Shown: positions 10,445-20,176 of the stretch, piece by piece
Layout of the letters: every line of letters begins with the position of its first letter
Numbering within the stretch: the stretch's first letter is position 1
DNA from: Candidatus Wolframiiraptor gerlachensis
GTDB taxonomy: Archaea; Thermoproteota; Nitrososphaeria_A; Caldarchaeales; Wolframiiraptoraceae
Assembly: GCA_021323375.2 (NCBI GenBank)
Contig: JAJPCT020000025.1
Span: forward strand, 1 to 64,000
DNA: 64,000 bases
Direction: 5' to 3'
Notes under the pieces: generated by a model
Databases searched by the model: none
What the model was told of the DNA's origin: nothing
What the model saw: only the letters and a program-made list of their open reading frames with translations
Translations under genes and position numbers: made by a program

Positions 10445-11497
10445 TTAGATGGATTTTATTCCAAGGTCCTCGAGTATCTCCTCTATCTCGTCCTCCTCCA
10501 GCGGCTTCGGCTCCTCCTTTGCCTTGAGGAGCTCTGTGCTCTCGACGCCTGTCAAGATTAGCGAGACCTCGAGCGTTGAGTCGAGCGAGCTGTCTATCCT
10601 CGCGCCCCAGATCACCAGCGCCTCCTCGCCCATGAGCTCCGAGACTATCTCAGCCGGCCTCGCCGCCTCGCTAAGCTTCATGTCATCGCCGCCCGAGACA
10701 TGGATTATCGCGCCCGACAAGCCCTCATAGGTTATGTCGAGGAGTGGGCACTGGAGGGCCATGAAGGTCGCCTCCTCAGCCCTATTCGGCGTCGATGACT
10801 TCCCTATCCCAAGGGCCGCAAGCTTCCCCCTGCTCATAATGGTCTTAAAGTCCGCGTAGTCTATGTTTATCAGGCTGGGCTTGGCGATCGACTCCGTTAT
10901 GCTCAGCACCATATTGCTTATCACCTCATCCGCGAGGCTGAATGCTGCCTTCAAGCTATACTGCGGATAGAGCTCGAGCAGCTTGTTATTGTCTATCGCG
11001 ACAACTGTGTGGCATTTCTCCCGCATGTCCTCAAGGCCCTTCAACGCGATCCTCTTCCTCACGTTCCCCTCGAACTTGAATGGAAGCGTGACGACCCCTA
11101 TCACGATCGCTCCAAGCTCCCTAGCTATCTCGGCGACGAGGGGCGCTCCGCCGGTTCCGGTGCCGCCGCCGAGGCCCGCCGACACGAATACTATGTCCGA
11201 GCCCTCCAGCGCCGCCCTGACCTCGTCTATGGACTCCTCTACAGCAGCTCTCCCGAGCTCCGGGTTTCCGCCCGTCCCCCGGAACTTCGTCGTACCCTTG
11301 CCAAGGAGGATCTTCTCGTGAGCGTTGATGAGCTCCAGGTGCTGTGCATCAGTGTTCGCAGCCACGATCTTTACTCCCTTCAACTTCATCGCGAGAACTC
11401 TATCAGCGGTGTTGCAGCCAGCTCCTCCAACGCCTATCAGCGTTATCTTCACGTCATCGGAGAAGTCTCTCCCAAAGAGAAGTAGGTCGTCATTCAC
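10445..11497 (-). CDS. ftsZ: cell division protein FtsZ (FtsZ2-type)
   Basis: GVGGAGCN, NTDAQHL, GLGGGTGTG, T7 loop NIDYADF, and an upstream cdrS-like gene. Confidence 0.96.
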   Translation of the reverse strand: MNDDLLLFGRDFSDDVKITLIGVGGAGCNTADRVLAMKLKGVKIVAANTDAQHLELINAHEKILLGKGTTKFRGTGGNPELGRAAVEESIDEVRAALEGSDIVFVSAGLGGGTGTGGAPLVAEIARELGAIVIGVVTLPFKFEGNVRKRIALKGLEDMREKCHTVVAIDNNKLLELYPQYSLKAAFSLADEVISNMVLSITESIAKPSLINIDYADFKTIMSRGKLAALGIGKSSTPNRAEEATFMALQCPLLDITYEGLSGAIIHVSGGDDMKLSEAARPAEIVSELMGEEALVIWGARIDSSLDSTLEVSLILTGVESTELLKAKEEPKPLEEDEIEEILEDLGIKSI

Positions 11498-11636
11498 CCC
11501 TCATTGCCTCCTCCATTATGAAATCTCTAATAGCCATTCTAATTGCCTCAGCCCGGTTTGGGTAAAGCCTTTTCCTAACCAATTGATCTATTGCCTCTAT
11601 GTATGCTTCTGGGAGATGAACTGTTACAACCCTCAC
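11490..11636 (-). CDS. cdrS: CdrS-like ribbon-helix-helix regulator (48 aa, not in ORF track)
   Basis: Manual translation MRVVTVHLPEAYIEAIDQLVRKRLYPNRAEAIRMAIRDFIMEEAMRGE. GGAGGTG SD upstream and stop overlaps the ftsZ start. Confidence 0.88.
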   Translation of the reverse strand: MRVVTVHLPEAYIEAIDQLVRKRLYPNRAEAIRMAIRDFIMEEAMRGE

Positions 11637-11799
11637 CCCCACCACCTCCTGACAGGGGAGGGGGCGTGTTTGGAGATAAAGCCGTTAGTAATACAGGCGT
11701 ATGTGTTTGGGCGGTGTTATGACTATGTTAAGCCCCTAACTTGATATCAAAAAATGATTAAAACTTGCCTGGCCAACAGCTTAGATCGCCGGAGGTGAG

Positions 11800-12243
11800 T
11801 TGCTGATAATCGGAAAATATAGGAGGATCGAGCTTCTCGAAGAATTCGAGGAGCTAGTCGAGAACCTTAGAAGGGATTCTGAGGATGGTGTTCCGATAAT
11901 TGTCGAGGGCGAGAGAGACGTTAGAAGCCTCAGGATCCTCGGGATCATGGGCGAGATAATACCGGTCAAATCCATCAGGGGGCTGAGGAGAAGGCTTGAG
12001 GCGAAAGATGTTAAAAGCGTGATCCTATTATTCGACTTAGATCAAGAGGGCGAGAAGCTGATGAGGCTGGTTAAGAGGAGTTTGGAGGGCGTTGTCGGCG
12101 AGATAAACACGAGATACTGGCTCAGGCTAAAGACATTCAAGAAGCTGGGATTCACGCAGGTGGAGCATCTTCACCTTGTTCCTGAGAAGATTCGGGCTCC
12201 CTCTCGCGGCGAAGAAGCCCCCTCAAGGCGAAGAAGAGGTTGA
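11800..12243 (+). CDS. stand-alone Toprim domain protein
   Basis: IIVEGERDVRSLR and LLFDLDQEGE motifs. Confidence 0.85.
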   Translation: MLIIGKYRRIELLEEFEELVENLRRDSEDGVPIIVEGERDVRSLRILGIMGEIIPVKSIRGLRRRLEAKDVKSVILLFDLDQEGEKLMRLVKRSLEGVVGEINTRYWLRLKTFKKLGFTQVEHLHLVPEKIRAPSRGEEAPSRRRRG

Positions 12244-12700
12244 TGGCTATTAGGCCGACGAGAAGAAGCATTCCATATGGTGGATAGATCTCGCCCGAAA
12301 GGAATAGTGATAGATATCCTATCCCGGTCCAGTATGGTATCTTGAAGCCCGTCCATTTTCCAACGATACTCCTGTATGGGATTGGAGACCATGGATCAAT
12401 TCCAGCATTCGCGTCGCCCCTCGTATATACCCCCTCCTCTGTTATATGGACAACCCTATGAACCACGAGGTTTCCATACCAGGGGTTCCAGAAGACTATC
12501 ACGTCTCCCACCTTTATGTCCTCGGGGCTGGCCGGCTCTATTACTATCACGTCCCCGACCCTTAGCGTCGGCTCCATGCTCCCCGACTTGACGACCAGCA
12601 GCGGCGTAATATTTCCAGAAACCCTGTAGACGATCACCATCAATAGTAGCAGGGTTAGTATTATGAGGGCAATGTCGGCCGCCGAGATCCGCCGAGCCAT
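12152..12700 (-). CDS. signal peptidase I (archaeal S26B/Sec11 type)
   Basis: VKSGSMEPTLRVGD, VVHRV, TRGDAN. Start likely ATG 12700. Confidence 0.92.
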   Translation of the reverse strand: MARRISAADIALIILTLLLLMVIVYRVSGNITPLLVVKSGSMEPTLRVGDVIVIEPASPEDIKVGDVIVFWNPWYGNLVVHRVVHITEEGVYTRGDANAGIDPWSPIPYRSIVGKWTGFKIPYWTGIGYLSLFLSGEIYPPYGMLLLVGLIAINLFFALRGLLRREREPESSQEQGEDAPPA

Positions 12701-12716
12701 GATATCATCCCCTTCT

Positions 12717-15431
12717 CTAGATCCTTGGAGCCCTTCTAACCCTCCTCGGCTCCCTCCTAGGTTGCTGCCTTCCACGTGGAAGCCTTGAGATCGCATAGCC
12801 CGAAATCATGAGGTTTATGGCGCTCGCCACGATCGTCATCTCGAAACCCATCTTGTATGGGGCCGGGCGCAGAAAGCTCAACGACTTCGACTTCTCAACA
12901 GTAAGCCTGAAGCCATATGTCTCGTTGCCTATTTTTAGGATGGCATTATAGTTCTCTGCTGCTGGCAGTAGCAGCCTAATTGTCCCATCAGCTCCGCTAA
13001 CCGCCTCAGCTATCACGTCCATCTCATCCTCGACGATGAGACTTGCGCCGCCAACTGCCCTTCCATCCGGATTCCTCACCAAGATCTCAACAGGATAAAT
13101 CGTAGAGTATATCGTGAGACCCAGCATTGATTTCTCCAGATACGTGTTAAAGAGGCCAGCATTCCTTCCCCTATACTTTATCTCAACCCTGACATCTCCC
13201 TCGGGGAGCCTCTCGAGTATCTTGTTTTTCTCAGCTAGGTTATATGTCTCGAGCAGCATGTTGTTGACGTAGAGCATGGCTAACCCCTCTTCTAGGGGCT
13301 TTCCATCACCTCTAAGGATCCCAGCCTCAAAGCTGTGGACAGAACATGTTATCGCCACCTTCATATCGTCCCTGACGAGATCTATCTCGCTCGGCTCGAT
13401 CTGGAGCTTTATACCCCTATAGAACGCCGCGATGCTAAGAGTTATGTTTGGCAGGTTCTTGAAGACTGCCCGTCCATCCTCGCCTATATCGCCCTCAAAC
13501 TCGTATTCGCCGAAGGAGACTACTGCTCTGCCCTGATCCAAGGACTTCTTATCGGAATCGAGGAATATGAGCTCGAGATCAAGCACCCCGGGGGCCTTAA
13601 GCTCGAGGAGCCTATTCTCTGGCGAGATCTCCACATAATCCTCCAAGACCTTGAAGCCATAATATGTCACGATTAGGCTATACTCACCGAGCGGCAGATC
13701 TCCTACAAGCAGGGTTCCATTCCCGAGATACCTGCCCGACCTAGAGAATTTCCCATGCATGAGTGTGAGTGATATGTTTCCGAGGGCTGCCTCCCCATCC
13801 CTATCAAATATCTTGAAGTATATGTTTCTCAAGAAGAGCCTCATCATTATGCTCTTATCAGCGGTCAGGTCTATGGTCTCTACCCCAGTGGGCATCCCAT
13901 CAATATAGGCCTCGAGCCTATATGTTAGCGGGAGCAATCTTCCGGGCGACCCCCGGCCATCCACACCAGTCTTGAATGACGTGATTCTCCCGACACCCTC
14001 GAGCACCACGACTATATCGGCGCTCACAGGCTCATCATCCAAGTTCATGGTTGTGATGTTCAGCCTGTAGCCCTTCATGTTCAGCCACAGGACCTGATTT
14101 TCCTCGATTATCCTCAGGCCCTCAGCCCTGAAAACCTCCCTCCCCGAGTAGAAGAGGGATGCTACATATTCGTCGAACTTGGGGACGTTCATTATGCTCG
14201 CCTCCCAGTCCTTTGTCTGGAACTCGAATCTCAGGCCCGGTGCCCTCAGCTCCCCCACGAGGGACTTGGTGATAGAGGCGTTCATAATGGCCGATGCGTT
14301 CACCCTTATCTCGATATCATAGAACCAAGCTTTCACAGTACCCTCGGCCGACTCATCCTTGACCTCATACTTGCCAGAGTATACTGTTATTTCTCCGAGC
14401 ATTATCTTGAGATCATAGTTCTCGAATGGGGTGTGACCGAAGCGGATGACGCCGTTCTCGGATGAGGCTGACCCAACCTCACGACCATCCTTAAACAGCT
14501 TCCCGGCGAAAGTATAATCCTTTAGAATATCCTCGCCATCATAATCCATCACCGTGATATTGAGCTTGATCGCGTTAACAACTATCTTCTCCAAGACATC
14601 ATCATTGAGAACCTTGATTTCCCTCTCGCTCGACGTATATACTGTTATGCCCTTGAGCCTAGCAATGACATAATACTCGGTATTTGTCGGGATCAGCTTC
14701 ATTGTAGCCAAACCATTAGAATCGCTCGTCGCAGTCGCCGCAGGGCTCTTACCAAGCTCCTCCCTAAGCTCAACCTCAACACCCTCGACAGGAGAACCTT
14801 TCCTATCAACAATAGATAGCGACACCCTATAAAGGGGAAGGACTAATTTGGTCGCCTTCTCACGTGGAACTGGTTCGGCTCCAAGTGAGTAGTTATTCTT
14901 CCTGAACTCCACTATAACATCGTAATTTGAGTCAGATGGAATCGGGCCAAACTCCACCTTTCCACCCGAGTCCGTCGAGCCCGAATACTTTATTGTGTTA
15001 TTTGCTTTGTGAATTAAGAAGACTTTCGCGCCAGGGACAGGATCCCTCTCCTTCTTATCATAAACATATATCGTCCACTTGCTCATCACATTAACAGTAA
15101 TGTTCATTGATAGCGACACATTACTCATGACGATGCTATCACTTCCCACTAGATGTCCGGCTGGATAGTAAACATGAATAACATATGTCTGATTTAGACT
15201 TAAATCGGTAAAAGAAACTGCTCCGTCAGAGCCCGTCCTTTTTACGGCTTCTATGGTTTCATTCCTCAGTAGTTTTACGTAGGCATTTGCAAGAGGTTTC
15301 CCATCCATTGTATAGACCTTGATCTTTAGAGTTGGGCCGTCTTGAGCATGAGTAGGGGTTATAAGGTTTATCAAGAGTAGGAATGTGAGAAGGACAAGCA
15401 CCGCTAGTGCGATCTCTCTAGCTAATCGCAT
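12717..15431 (-). CDS. large secreted, membrane-anchored surface protein with tandem carboxypeptidase-regulatory-like beta-sandwich repeats
   Basis: Signal peptide, repeated D..G.PL..A.V.L....TD..G...F motifs, many N-x-S/T sequons, C-terminal TM helix and Arg-rich tail. Confidence 0.8.
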   Translation of the reverse strand: MRLAREIALAVLVLLTFLLLINLITPTHAQDGPTLKIKVYTMDGKPLANAYVKLLRNETIEAVKRTGSDGAVSFTDLSLNQTYVIHVYYPAGHLVGSDSIVMSNVSLSMNITVNVMSKWTIYVYDKKERDPVPGAKVFLIHKANNTIKYSGSTDSGGKVEFGPIPSDSNYDVIVEFRKNNYSLGAEPVPREKATKLVLPLYRVSLSIVDRKGSPVEGVEVELREELGKSPAATATSDSNGLATMKLIPTNTEYYVIARLKGITVYTSSEREIKVLNDDVLEKIVVNAIKLNITVMDYDGEDILKDYTFAGKLFKDGREVGSASSENGVIRFGHTPFENYDLKIMLGEITVYSGKYEVKDESAEGTVKAWFYDIEIRVNASAIMNASITKSLVGELRAPGLRFEFQTKDWEASIMNVPKFDEYVASLFYSGREVFRAEGLRIIEENQVLWLNMKGYRLNITTMNLDDEPVSADIVVVLEGVGRITSFKTGVDGRGSPGRLLPLTYRLEAYIDGMPTGVETIDLTADKSIMMRLFLRNIYFKIFDRDGEAALGNISLTLMHGKFSRSGRYLGNGTLLVGDLPLGEYSLIVTYYGFKVLEDYVEISPENRLLELKAPGVLDLELIFLDSDKKSLDQGRAVVSFGEYEFEGDIGEDGRAVFKNLPNITLSIAAFYRGIKLQIEPSEIDLVRDDMKVAITCSVHSFEAGILRGDGKPLEEGLAMLYVNNMLLETYNLAEKNKILERLPEGDVRVEIKYRGRNAGLFNTYLEKSMLGLTIYSTIYPVEILVRNPDGRAVGGASLIVEDEMDVIAEAVSGADGTIRLLLPAAENYNAILKIGNETYGFRLTVEKSKSLSFLRPAPYKMGFEMTIVASAINLMISGYAISRLPRGRQQPRREPRRVRRAPRI

Positions 15432-15505
15432 CTCTGTTTTCTTAATAGTTTTCGGCTTTAGATATATTTATGGGATTCGGCTTATGTTCCGCTGGTGGGA
15501 GCGTT

Positions 15506-15925
15506 ATGGTGGTGTATCAGGAGGAGGTTTCTTTTAGGACTCGGGGCGAGGGGGATGTTGTGGATATTACGGGTGAGGTTGAGCGGGTTGTTGAGAGGTC
15601 TGGTGTGAGGAGTGGCGTTGCCCATATCTTCGCGATCGGGTCCACCGCGGCGGTTTCGACGATAGAGTATGAGCCTGGACTTAGGGAAGATCTCTCGGCG
15701 GCCTTGGAGAGGATTGCGCCGAGGGATGCGGAGTATAAGCATCATCTCCGGTGGGGTGACTATAATGGCCATAGCCATGTTAGGGCGACCATTATTGGGC
15801 CGAGTCTCGAGGTGCCTGTGAGGAGTGGGAAACTCGTTCTCGGGACTTGGCAGCAGATAGTCTTCATAGAGCTTGATGTGAGGGCGAGGAGCAGGAGGGT
15901 TGTTGTCACGGTTATGGGCGAGTAG
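15506..15925 (+). CDS. yjbQ: YjbQ/UPF0047 family protein
   Basis: GSTAAV..IEYEPGL, NGHSHVRA, LGTWQQIVFIELD. Confidence 0.92.
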   Translation: MVVYQEEVSFRTRGEGDVVDITGEVERVVERSGVRSGVAHIFAIGSTAAVSTIEYEPGLREDLSAALERIAPRDAEYKHHLRWGDYNGHSHVRATIIGPSLEVPVRSGKLVLGTWQQIVFIELDVRARSRRVVVTVMGE

Positions 15926-15931
15926 GCGGCA

Positions 15932-16498
15932 TTACCTCGCCTCGCTCGCCACAGTCTCGAGAGTCCACCTAACAGCATTAACTATCTCTCTCAGCCTATA
16001 CTCCTCCCTAAAGTTCCTCACTACTATCTCCTTGACCCTGTCTCCCTCATAGATTATATCGTAGTCGAGCTCGTGGCCCGGCGGTATCAAGCCCTTATCA
16101 ACGCGCTCTCGATCCGCCTTGCTCATGGACTCGAGAACCTTCTTCAATAGGAATGACTGGAGGGGCCTCGAGTCCCTCGTCAAGTTTATCCCGGGCTCGA
16201 TTAGGAACCTCACCTCATTAGGTGAGATGGCCACCCTCGCGAGGACCTCACCGGACCTCGACTTGAGAACCCTAAGCCTCTCCGCCTCCGGCTGCGGGGC
16301 TGGCGCCGGTGCTGGTGCTGATGGCTTGACGGGCCTCGCCTCAGTCGCCTTCTTGAAGCTTATGCTCGCCAGCTCCTCATCCACGAAGCTCCTCATACTC
16401 TCGAGGATCTCGAGCTCGTCTTGGAGCTCCTTTATCCTCCTCTCGATATACTCCTTTATCGCGGCTAGTGCTCGCGCTTTTTCAGAGTCCTCGCTCAT
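15932..16498 (-). CDS. hypothetical protein (N-terminal coiled coil, Pro/Ala linker, globular C-domain), coupled to DNA ligase
   Basis: Start overlaps the lig stop (4-nt overlap) and codon usage is host-like. Confidence 0.75.
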   Translation of the reverse strand: MSEDSEKARALAAIKEYIERRIKELQDELEILESMRSFVDEELASISFKKATEARPVKPSAPAPAPAPQPEAERLRVLKSRSGEVLARVAISPNEVRFLIEPGINLTRDSRPLQSFLLKKVLESMSKADRERVDKGLIPPGHELDYDIIYEGDRVKEIVVRNFREEYRLREIVNAVRWTLETVASEAR

Positions 16499-18282
16499 GC
16501 GCTGGGTACACCTCCATCAGCGGCCTCAGCCACCTTCTTCAACTGCCTCCTATACATCTCGAGGAGCTCATCAACGGTCGTCGCATCCTCCGGCGCCTTA
16601 TCGAACCTGTACTTGCCTGTGAATCTCGGGAATCTTATCGCTAGGCCGAATCCCTCCTTGACGACGCCCCATGCCGCGCTATGTATCGGGCTTATCGTTA
16701 TCTCGTCGCCAATTATCTCCAGCACCAGCTTAGGTTCAAACCAGACATCAGCCTCCATACCCGTCTCCACCCTCGGATGCTTACGCGGTATCTCATACGG
16801 CTTCAGCATCTCCGGGAGCTTCCTGAGATCCTCATCAGTAAACCCGCTTCCAACCTTGCAGACTGATTGGAAGACGTCTCTATCCTTGTTATAGGCGGCC
16901 ATCAACAACGCGCCGTATGTCCCGCTTCTCTTACCCCTTCCATGAAATGCCCCGACGACCACGAGGTCAACTGTGTCCATCATCTCGCTCTTATAGCTCC
17001 GCTTCAGCTTTATCCAGAGCCACCCCCTCGCGCCCGCCCTGTATATGGCCTCTTTGCCAAGCGCCTTCACCACGAGACCTTCGCAACCATTCTCTATCGC
17101 CTCATGGAAGAATCTCTCAAGCTCCCTCGGGTCGCTCGTTATAATCGCTTTGCTCAGCTTAACCTTCTCACCCTCCATAATTATCTGCTCTAGTATCCTC
17201 CTCCTCTCCTCTAGGGGCTGGAGCGTCAGATCCCTACCATCCACGTAGAGGGCGTCGAAGAAGTGTATCCTCACAGGATACTGCTCGATCGCCCTATGAA
17301 TATCATGTTTTCTCTTCCTATGCATTAGCTCTTGGAATGGCAGCATGTCGCCGGTATCCGGGTCTATCGCGACGCATTCGCACTCAAGTATAGCCTCATT
17401 TGCCCTGACATGATCCCTGACAAGCTCCACGACATCCGGATACTGGGACGTGATATTCTCAAGCCTTCTCGAGAATATTATCACCTCATCACCCTTCTTA
17501 TGTATCTGCATCCTCTCGCCATCATACTTGTACTCGGCCATGCATTTTCCACCGAGCTTCTGGAGTATCTCCTCCGCTGATGCCAGCCTCTCGGCAAGCA
17601 TCGGCCTTATGGGCCTGCCGATCGCTATCTTGATCTGCTTCAGGCCCTCAATCCCGCTCGTCGCCGCTACCTTGGCCACATAGCCTATGTCTGACGTGAG
17701 ATTATATGCCCTCTCGAAGAGCTCCCTCCACTCCTTGCCACCTCCATAGAGTATCGCAAGTGCGTCAAGTATCGTCATATCCGCTATCCCGAGCCTCATC
17801 TTCCCGGTCACAATCCTGAGGATATACTTCGCCTCCTTGGGCTGGGCCGATGCGAGCAGGCCGCTGAGAATCTGAACCTTCGCCTCCATCGCGCCCTCGC
17901 CAGTCTCCCTCGCAATCCTCTCTAGCGCCGAGTATACGTCCTGGACTGTTAGCTGCTGCATGAAGAGGGTTACCTGGCTCCTCTTAGCAAGCATCCTCTC
18001 GCCGACGAGGCCGACGTCGCCCAGCTCCTTGTAAGCCTTCTCAACCTCCCTCTCGCTCGCTCCAGACGCTAGCTTGACAGCTCTCAGGGCAAGTCTATCA
18101 GCAACACCGAGCTCGATGCCGACGAATGGTGGATAAACCTCACCGAGAGTCAGGTAGACAACCTTATCTATTATCTCGGGCGGGGTCTTCCTGAGAAGCT
18201 GGACGAGGAGGTTAGTCATCTCTATCCTTCCGCTAATCGCCTCAATCTTCTCATAGAACTCCACAAGCTCCGAGAACAGCAT
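16495..18282 (-). CDS. lig: ATP-dependent DNA ligase
   Basis: EYKYDGERMQIH, EGLVVK, WIKLKRSY, IRFPRF. Confidence 0.98.
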   Translation of the reverse strand: MLFSELVEFYEKIEAISGRIEMTNLLVQLLRKTPPEIIDKVVYLTLGEVYPPFVGIELGVADRLALRAVKLASGASEREVEKAYKELGDVGLVGERMLAKRSQVTLFMQQLTVQDVYSALERIARETGEGAMEAKVQILSGLLASAQPKEAKYILRIVTGKMRLGIADMTILDALAILYGGGKEWRELFERAYNLTSDIGYVAKVAATSGIEGLKQIKIAIGRPIRPMLAERLASAEEILQKLGGKCMAEYKYDGERMQIHKKGDEVIIFSRRLENITSQYPDVVELVRDHVRANEAILECECVAIDPDTGDMLPFQELMHRKRKHDIHRAIEQYPVRIHFFDALYVDGRDLTLQPLEERRRILEQIIMEGEKVKLSKAIITSDPRELERFFHEAIENGCEGLVVKALGKEAIYRAGARGWLWIKLKRSYKSEMMDTVDLVVVGAFHGRGKRSGTYGALLMAAYNKDRDVFQSVCKVGSGFTDEDLRKLPEMLKPYEIPRKHPRVETGMEADVWFEPKLVLEIIGDEITISPIHSAAWGVVKEGFGLAIRFPRFTGKYRFDKAPEDATTVDELLEMYRRQLKKVAEAADGGVPSA

Positions 18283-18405
18283 TCCACCTGAAAGCCCGCT
18301 AATCGCCTAATTAAGCGTTCGCAGCACAATAACCCCTGAATAATCGCGAGTCATACTGCTGAATTGCAAGGCTTATATAAGGTCTCCAACACCCCTAGAT
18401 CGAGA

Positions 18406-18783
18406 ATGCAGGTTGCGAGGGATCTCTCGAAGATCGGCGTTCTCCTCATAGGAGTTGCCCTGATCGTTATCGCGGCTATCATTGTGCACTTCTATATCAC
18501 GTATGCTATCCCCCAGATATCTCGGCCGTGGCCAACTTCACAATTCTACGCGTACTGCCGTCACAAGACCATAGTAATCCATGCAGACCGCGACCTCACC
18601 GACATAAGGGTGCTCGATAATAGGTCAAATCAGCTCTGCCTCATTGAGAAAATTCCTGCGGGCTCAGAGGAAATATGTCCTGTTGAGAGCTACGGGATGT
18701 ACCTTGTCCAAGTCGGAGACTATAAGCGCGTCGTCGAATGCATAGAGGAGAAGGCGATGGTTCCAGTGATCGTGCCGGATTAG
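18406..18783 (+). CDS. small secreted or pilin-like protein with N-terminal hydrophobic helix and 4 Cys
   Basis: TTATATAA TATA at 18373-18380 about 25 nt before ATG 18406, followed by RDLS and a long hydrophobic stretch. Confidence 0.6.
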   Translation: MQVARDLSKIGVLLIGVALIVIAAIIVHFYITYAIPQISRPWPTSQFYAYCRHKTIVIHADRDLTDIRVLDNRSNQLCLIEKIPAGSEEICPVESYGMYLVQVGDYKRVVECIEEKAMVPVIVPD

Positions 18784-18824
18784 CAAATCCTTATACCGGG
18801 CCTCCTGAAACCAAGATATCGCGC

Positions 18825-19574
18825 ATGAAGATAGTCTTTCACAGGGATTATTGTAGGGTGTATTCTTCCGATCCGGCTGCTGCTCCCGGCAGGCTTGAGG
18901 CTATACTTGAGGAGCTTGTGGACTGTGAGCTTGTGGAGCCTCGGCCGGCGAGCGAGCATGATCTTGAGCTTATTCATACGAGGGAGCATATAAGCCGGGT
19001 TAGAAACATGGATGAGGTTTATGAGGTTGCCTTGCTAGCGGTTGGCGGCGCTATAATGGCGTCTGAGATAGCTGTATCCGGTGAACCGGCTTTCGGCCTT
19101 ATCAGGCCGCCGGGGCATCATGCCAGCCCAGGCAGCTCATGGGGCTTCTGCTACTTCAACAACATCGCGATCTCTGTTGAGAGACTTAGGAGATTAGGAA
19201 GGATTAGGAGGGCCATCATAGTTGATATAGATCTGCATTATGGTGATGGAACTGCGAACGCCTTCGCCGGAAACCCTGATGTAACTTATCATCATGTCGC
19301 GCTGGGGAGAAGTGAGGTCTTCTTAGATGATCTAACGCGCTTCCTCGAATCGGTCGGGGAATGTGATATCATAGCTGTCTCGGCGGGCTTTGATCGGCAT
19401 GTGGAGGATTGGGGCGAGATGCTTGAGACCGAGGATTATCGTGAGGCTGGTAAGCTGATCAAGGAGTTCTCTGAAAGGGCCTGTGAGGGCAGGAGATACG
19501 CGGTGCTTGAGGGAGGATATAATCACAGGGTCTTGGGGAGGAATGTGAGGGCATTTATCGAGGGCTTTGAGTAG
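18825..19574 (+). CDS. histone deacetylase family protein
   Basis: RPPGHHA, GFCYFNN, DIDLHYGDGT, VSAGFD, VLEGGY. Confidence 0.95.
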   Translation: MKIVFHRDYCRVYSSDPAAAPGRLEAILEELVDCELVEPRPASEHDLELIHTREHISRVRNMDEVYEVALLAVGGAIMASEIAVSGEPAFGLIRPPGHHASPGSSWGFCYFNNIAISVERLRRLGRIRRAIIVDIDLHYGDGTANAFAGNPDVTYHHVALGRSEVFLDDLTRFLESVGECDIIAVSAGFDRHVEDWGEMLETEDYREAGKLIKEFSERACEGRRYAVLEGGYNHRVLGRNVRAFIEGFE

Positions 19575-19577
19575 TAT

Positions 19578-20030
19578 TTGAGCATTTGGAGGCCTGTCTT
19601 GTTGCTGGATGACTTGATCATCGCGCAGAAGGCTCTAGCCGAGAGAGGCGCGAATATCGTGGTCGCGCGGGGCGGCATGGTCCTCTTCACGGGTTGGTCG
19701 AAGGGCTTAAGGGATCTTGCCAAGATAGCCTTGGAGAGCCCCGAGATTCTAGATGGCTCATCGGTCGCTGATAGGATTGTGGGCAAGGCCGCAGCGATAA
19801 TATTCGCCGTGAATGGTGTCGAGGCCGTTTACGCGCCTACACTAAGCAGGCATGCATTGGATGTGCTCGAGAAAAGCGGGATTAAGTTTCATTATGAGAA
19901 GCTTGTACCTCATATCGAGGCACACGGCGAGGGAATCTGCCCCTTCGAGAGGCTCATCATGGACATCGCCGATCGTGATGAGGCTTATAGAAGGCTCATA
20001 GAAAGGTTTAGGGAGCTTGGATGGGGCTGA
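19578..20030 (+). CDS. DUF1893 (TM1506-like) protein
   Basis: VADRIVGKAAA and CPFE motifs. Confidence 0.85.
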   Translation: MSIWRPVLLLDDLIIAQKALAERGANIVVARGGMVLFTGWSKGLRDLAKIALESPEILDGSSVADRIVGKAAAIIFAVNGVEAVYAPTLSRHALDVLEKSGIKFHYEKLVPHIEAHGEGICPFERLIMDIADRDEAYRRLIERFRELGWG

Positions 20031-20102
20031 AAACGCTGAGAATATAATTATTCTCCTCCTAGTGAGCTGCTGTGTGGAACATTTAAATCCTCGGGGCTTT
20101 TT

Positions 20103-20176
20103 CCTGGGCTGGGAAGGGGCGGCGATGGCCCGCCAAATTATCTAGCTTCCTGGGGATTGGTTGGCCGCTGCCCGGG
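20103..20176 (+). promoter_or_regulatory. structured GC-rich 5' leader of ileS (fluoride-riboswitch-like pattern)
   Basis: TTTAAA TATA at 20082-20087. GGCG/CGCC stem with ATGGCC loop able to pseudoknot with GGCC 20163-20166. Confidence 0.3.
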
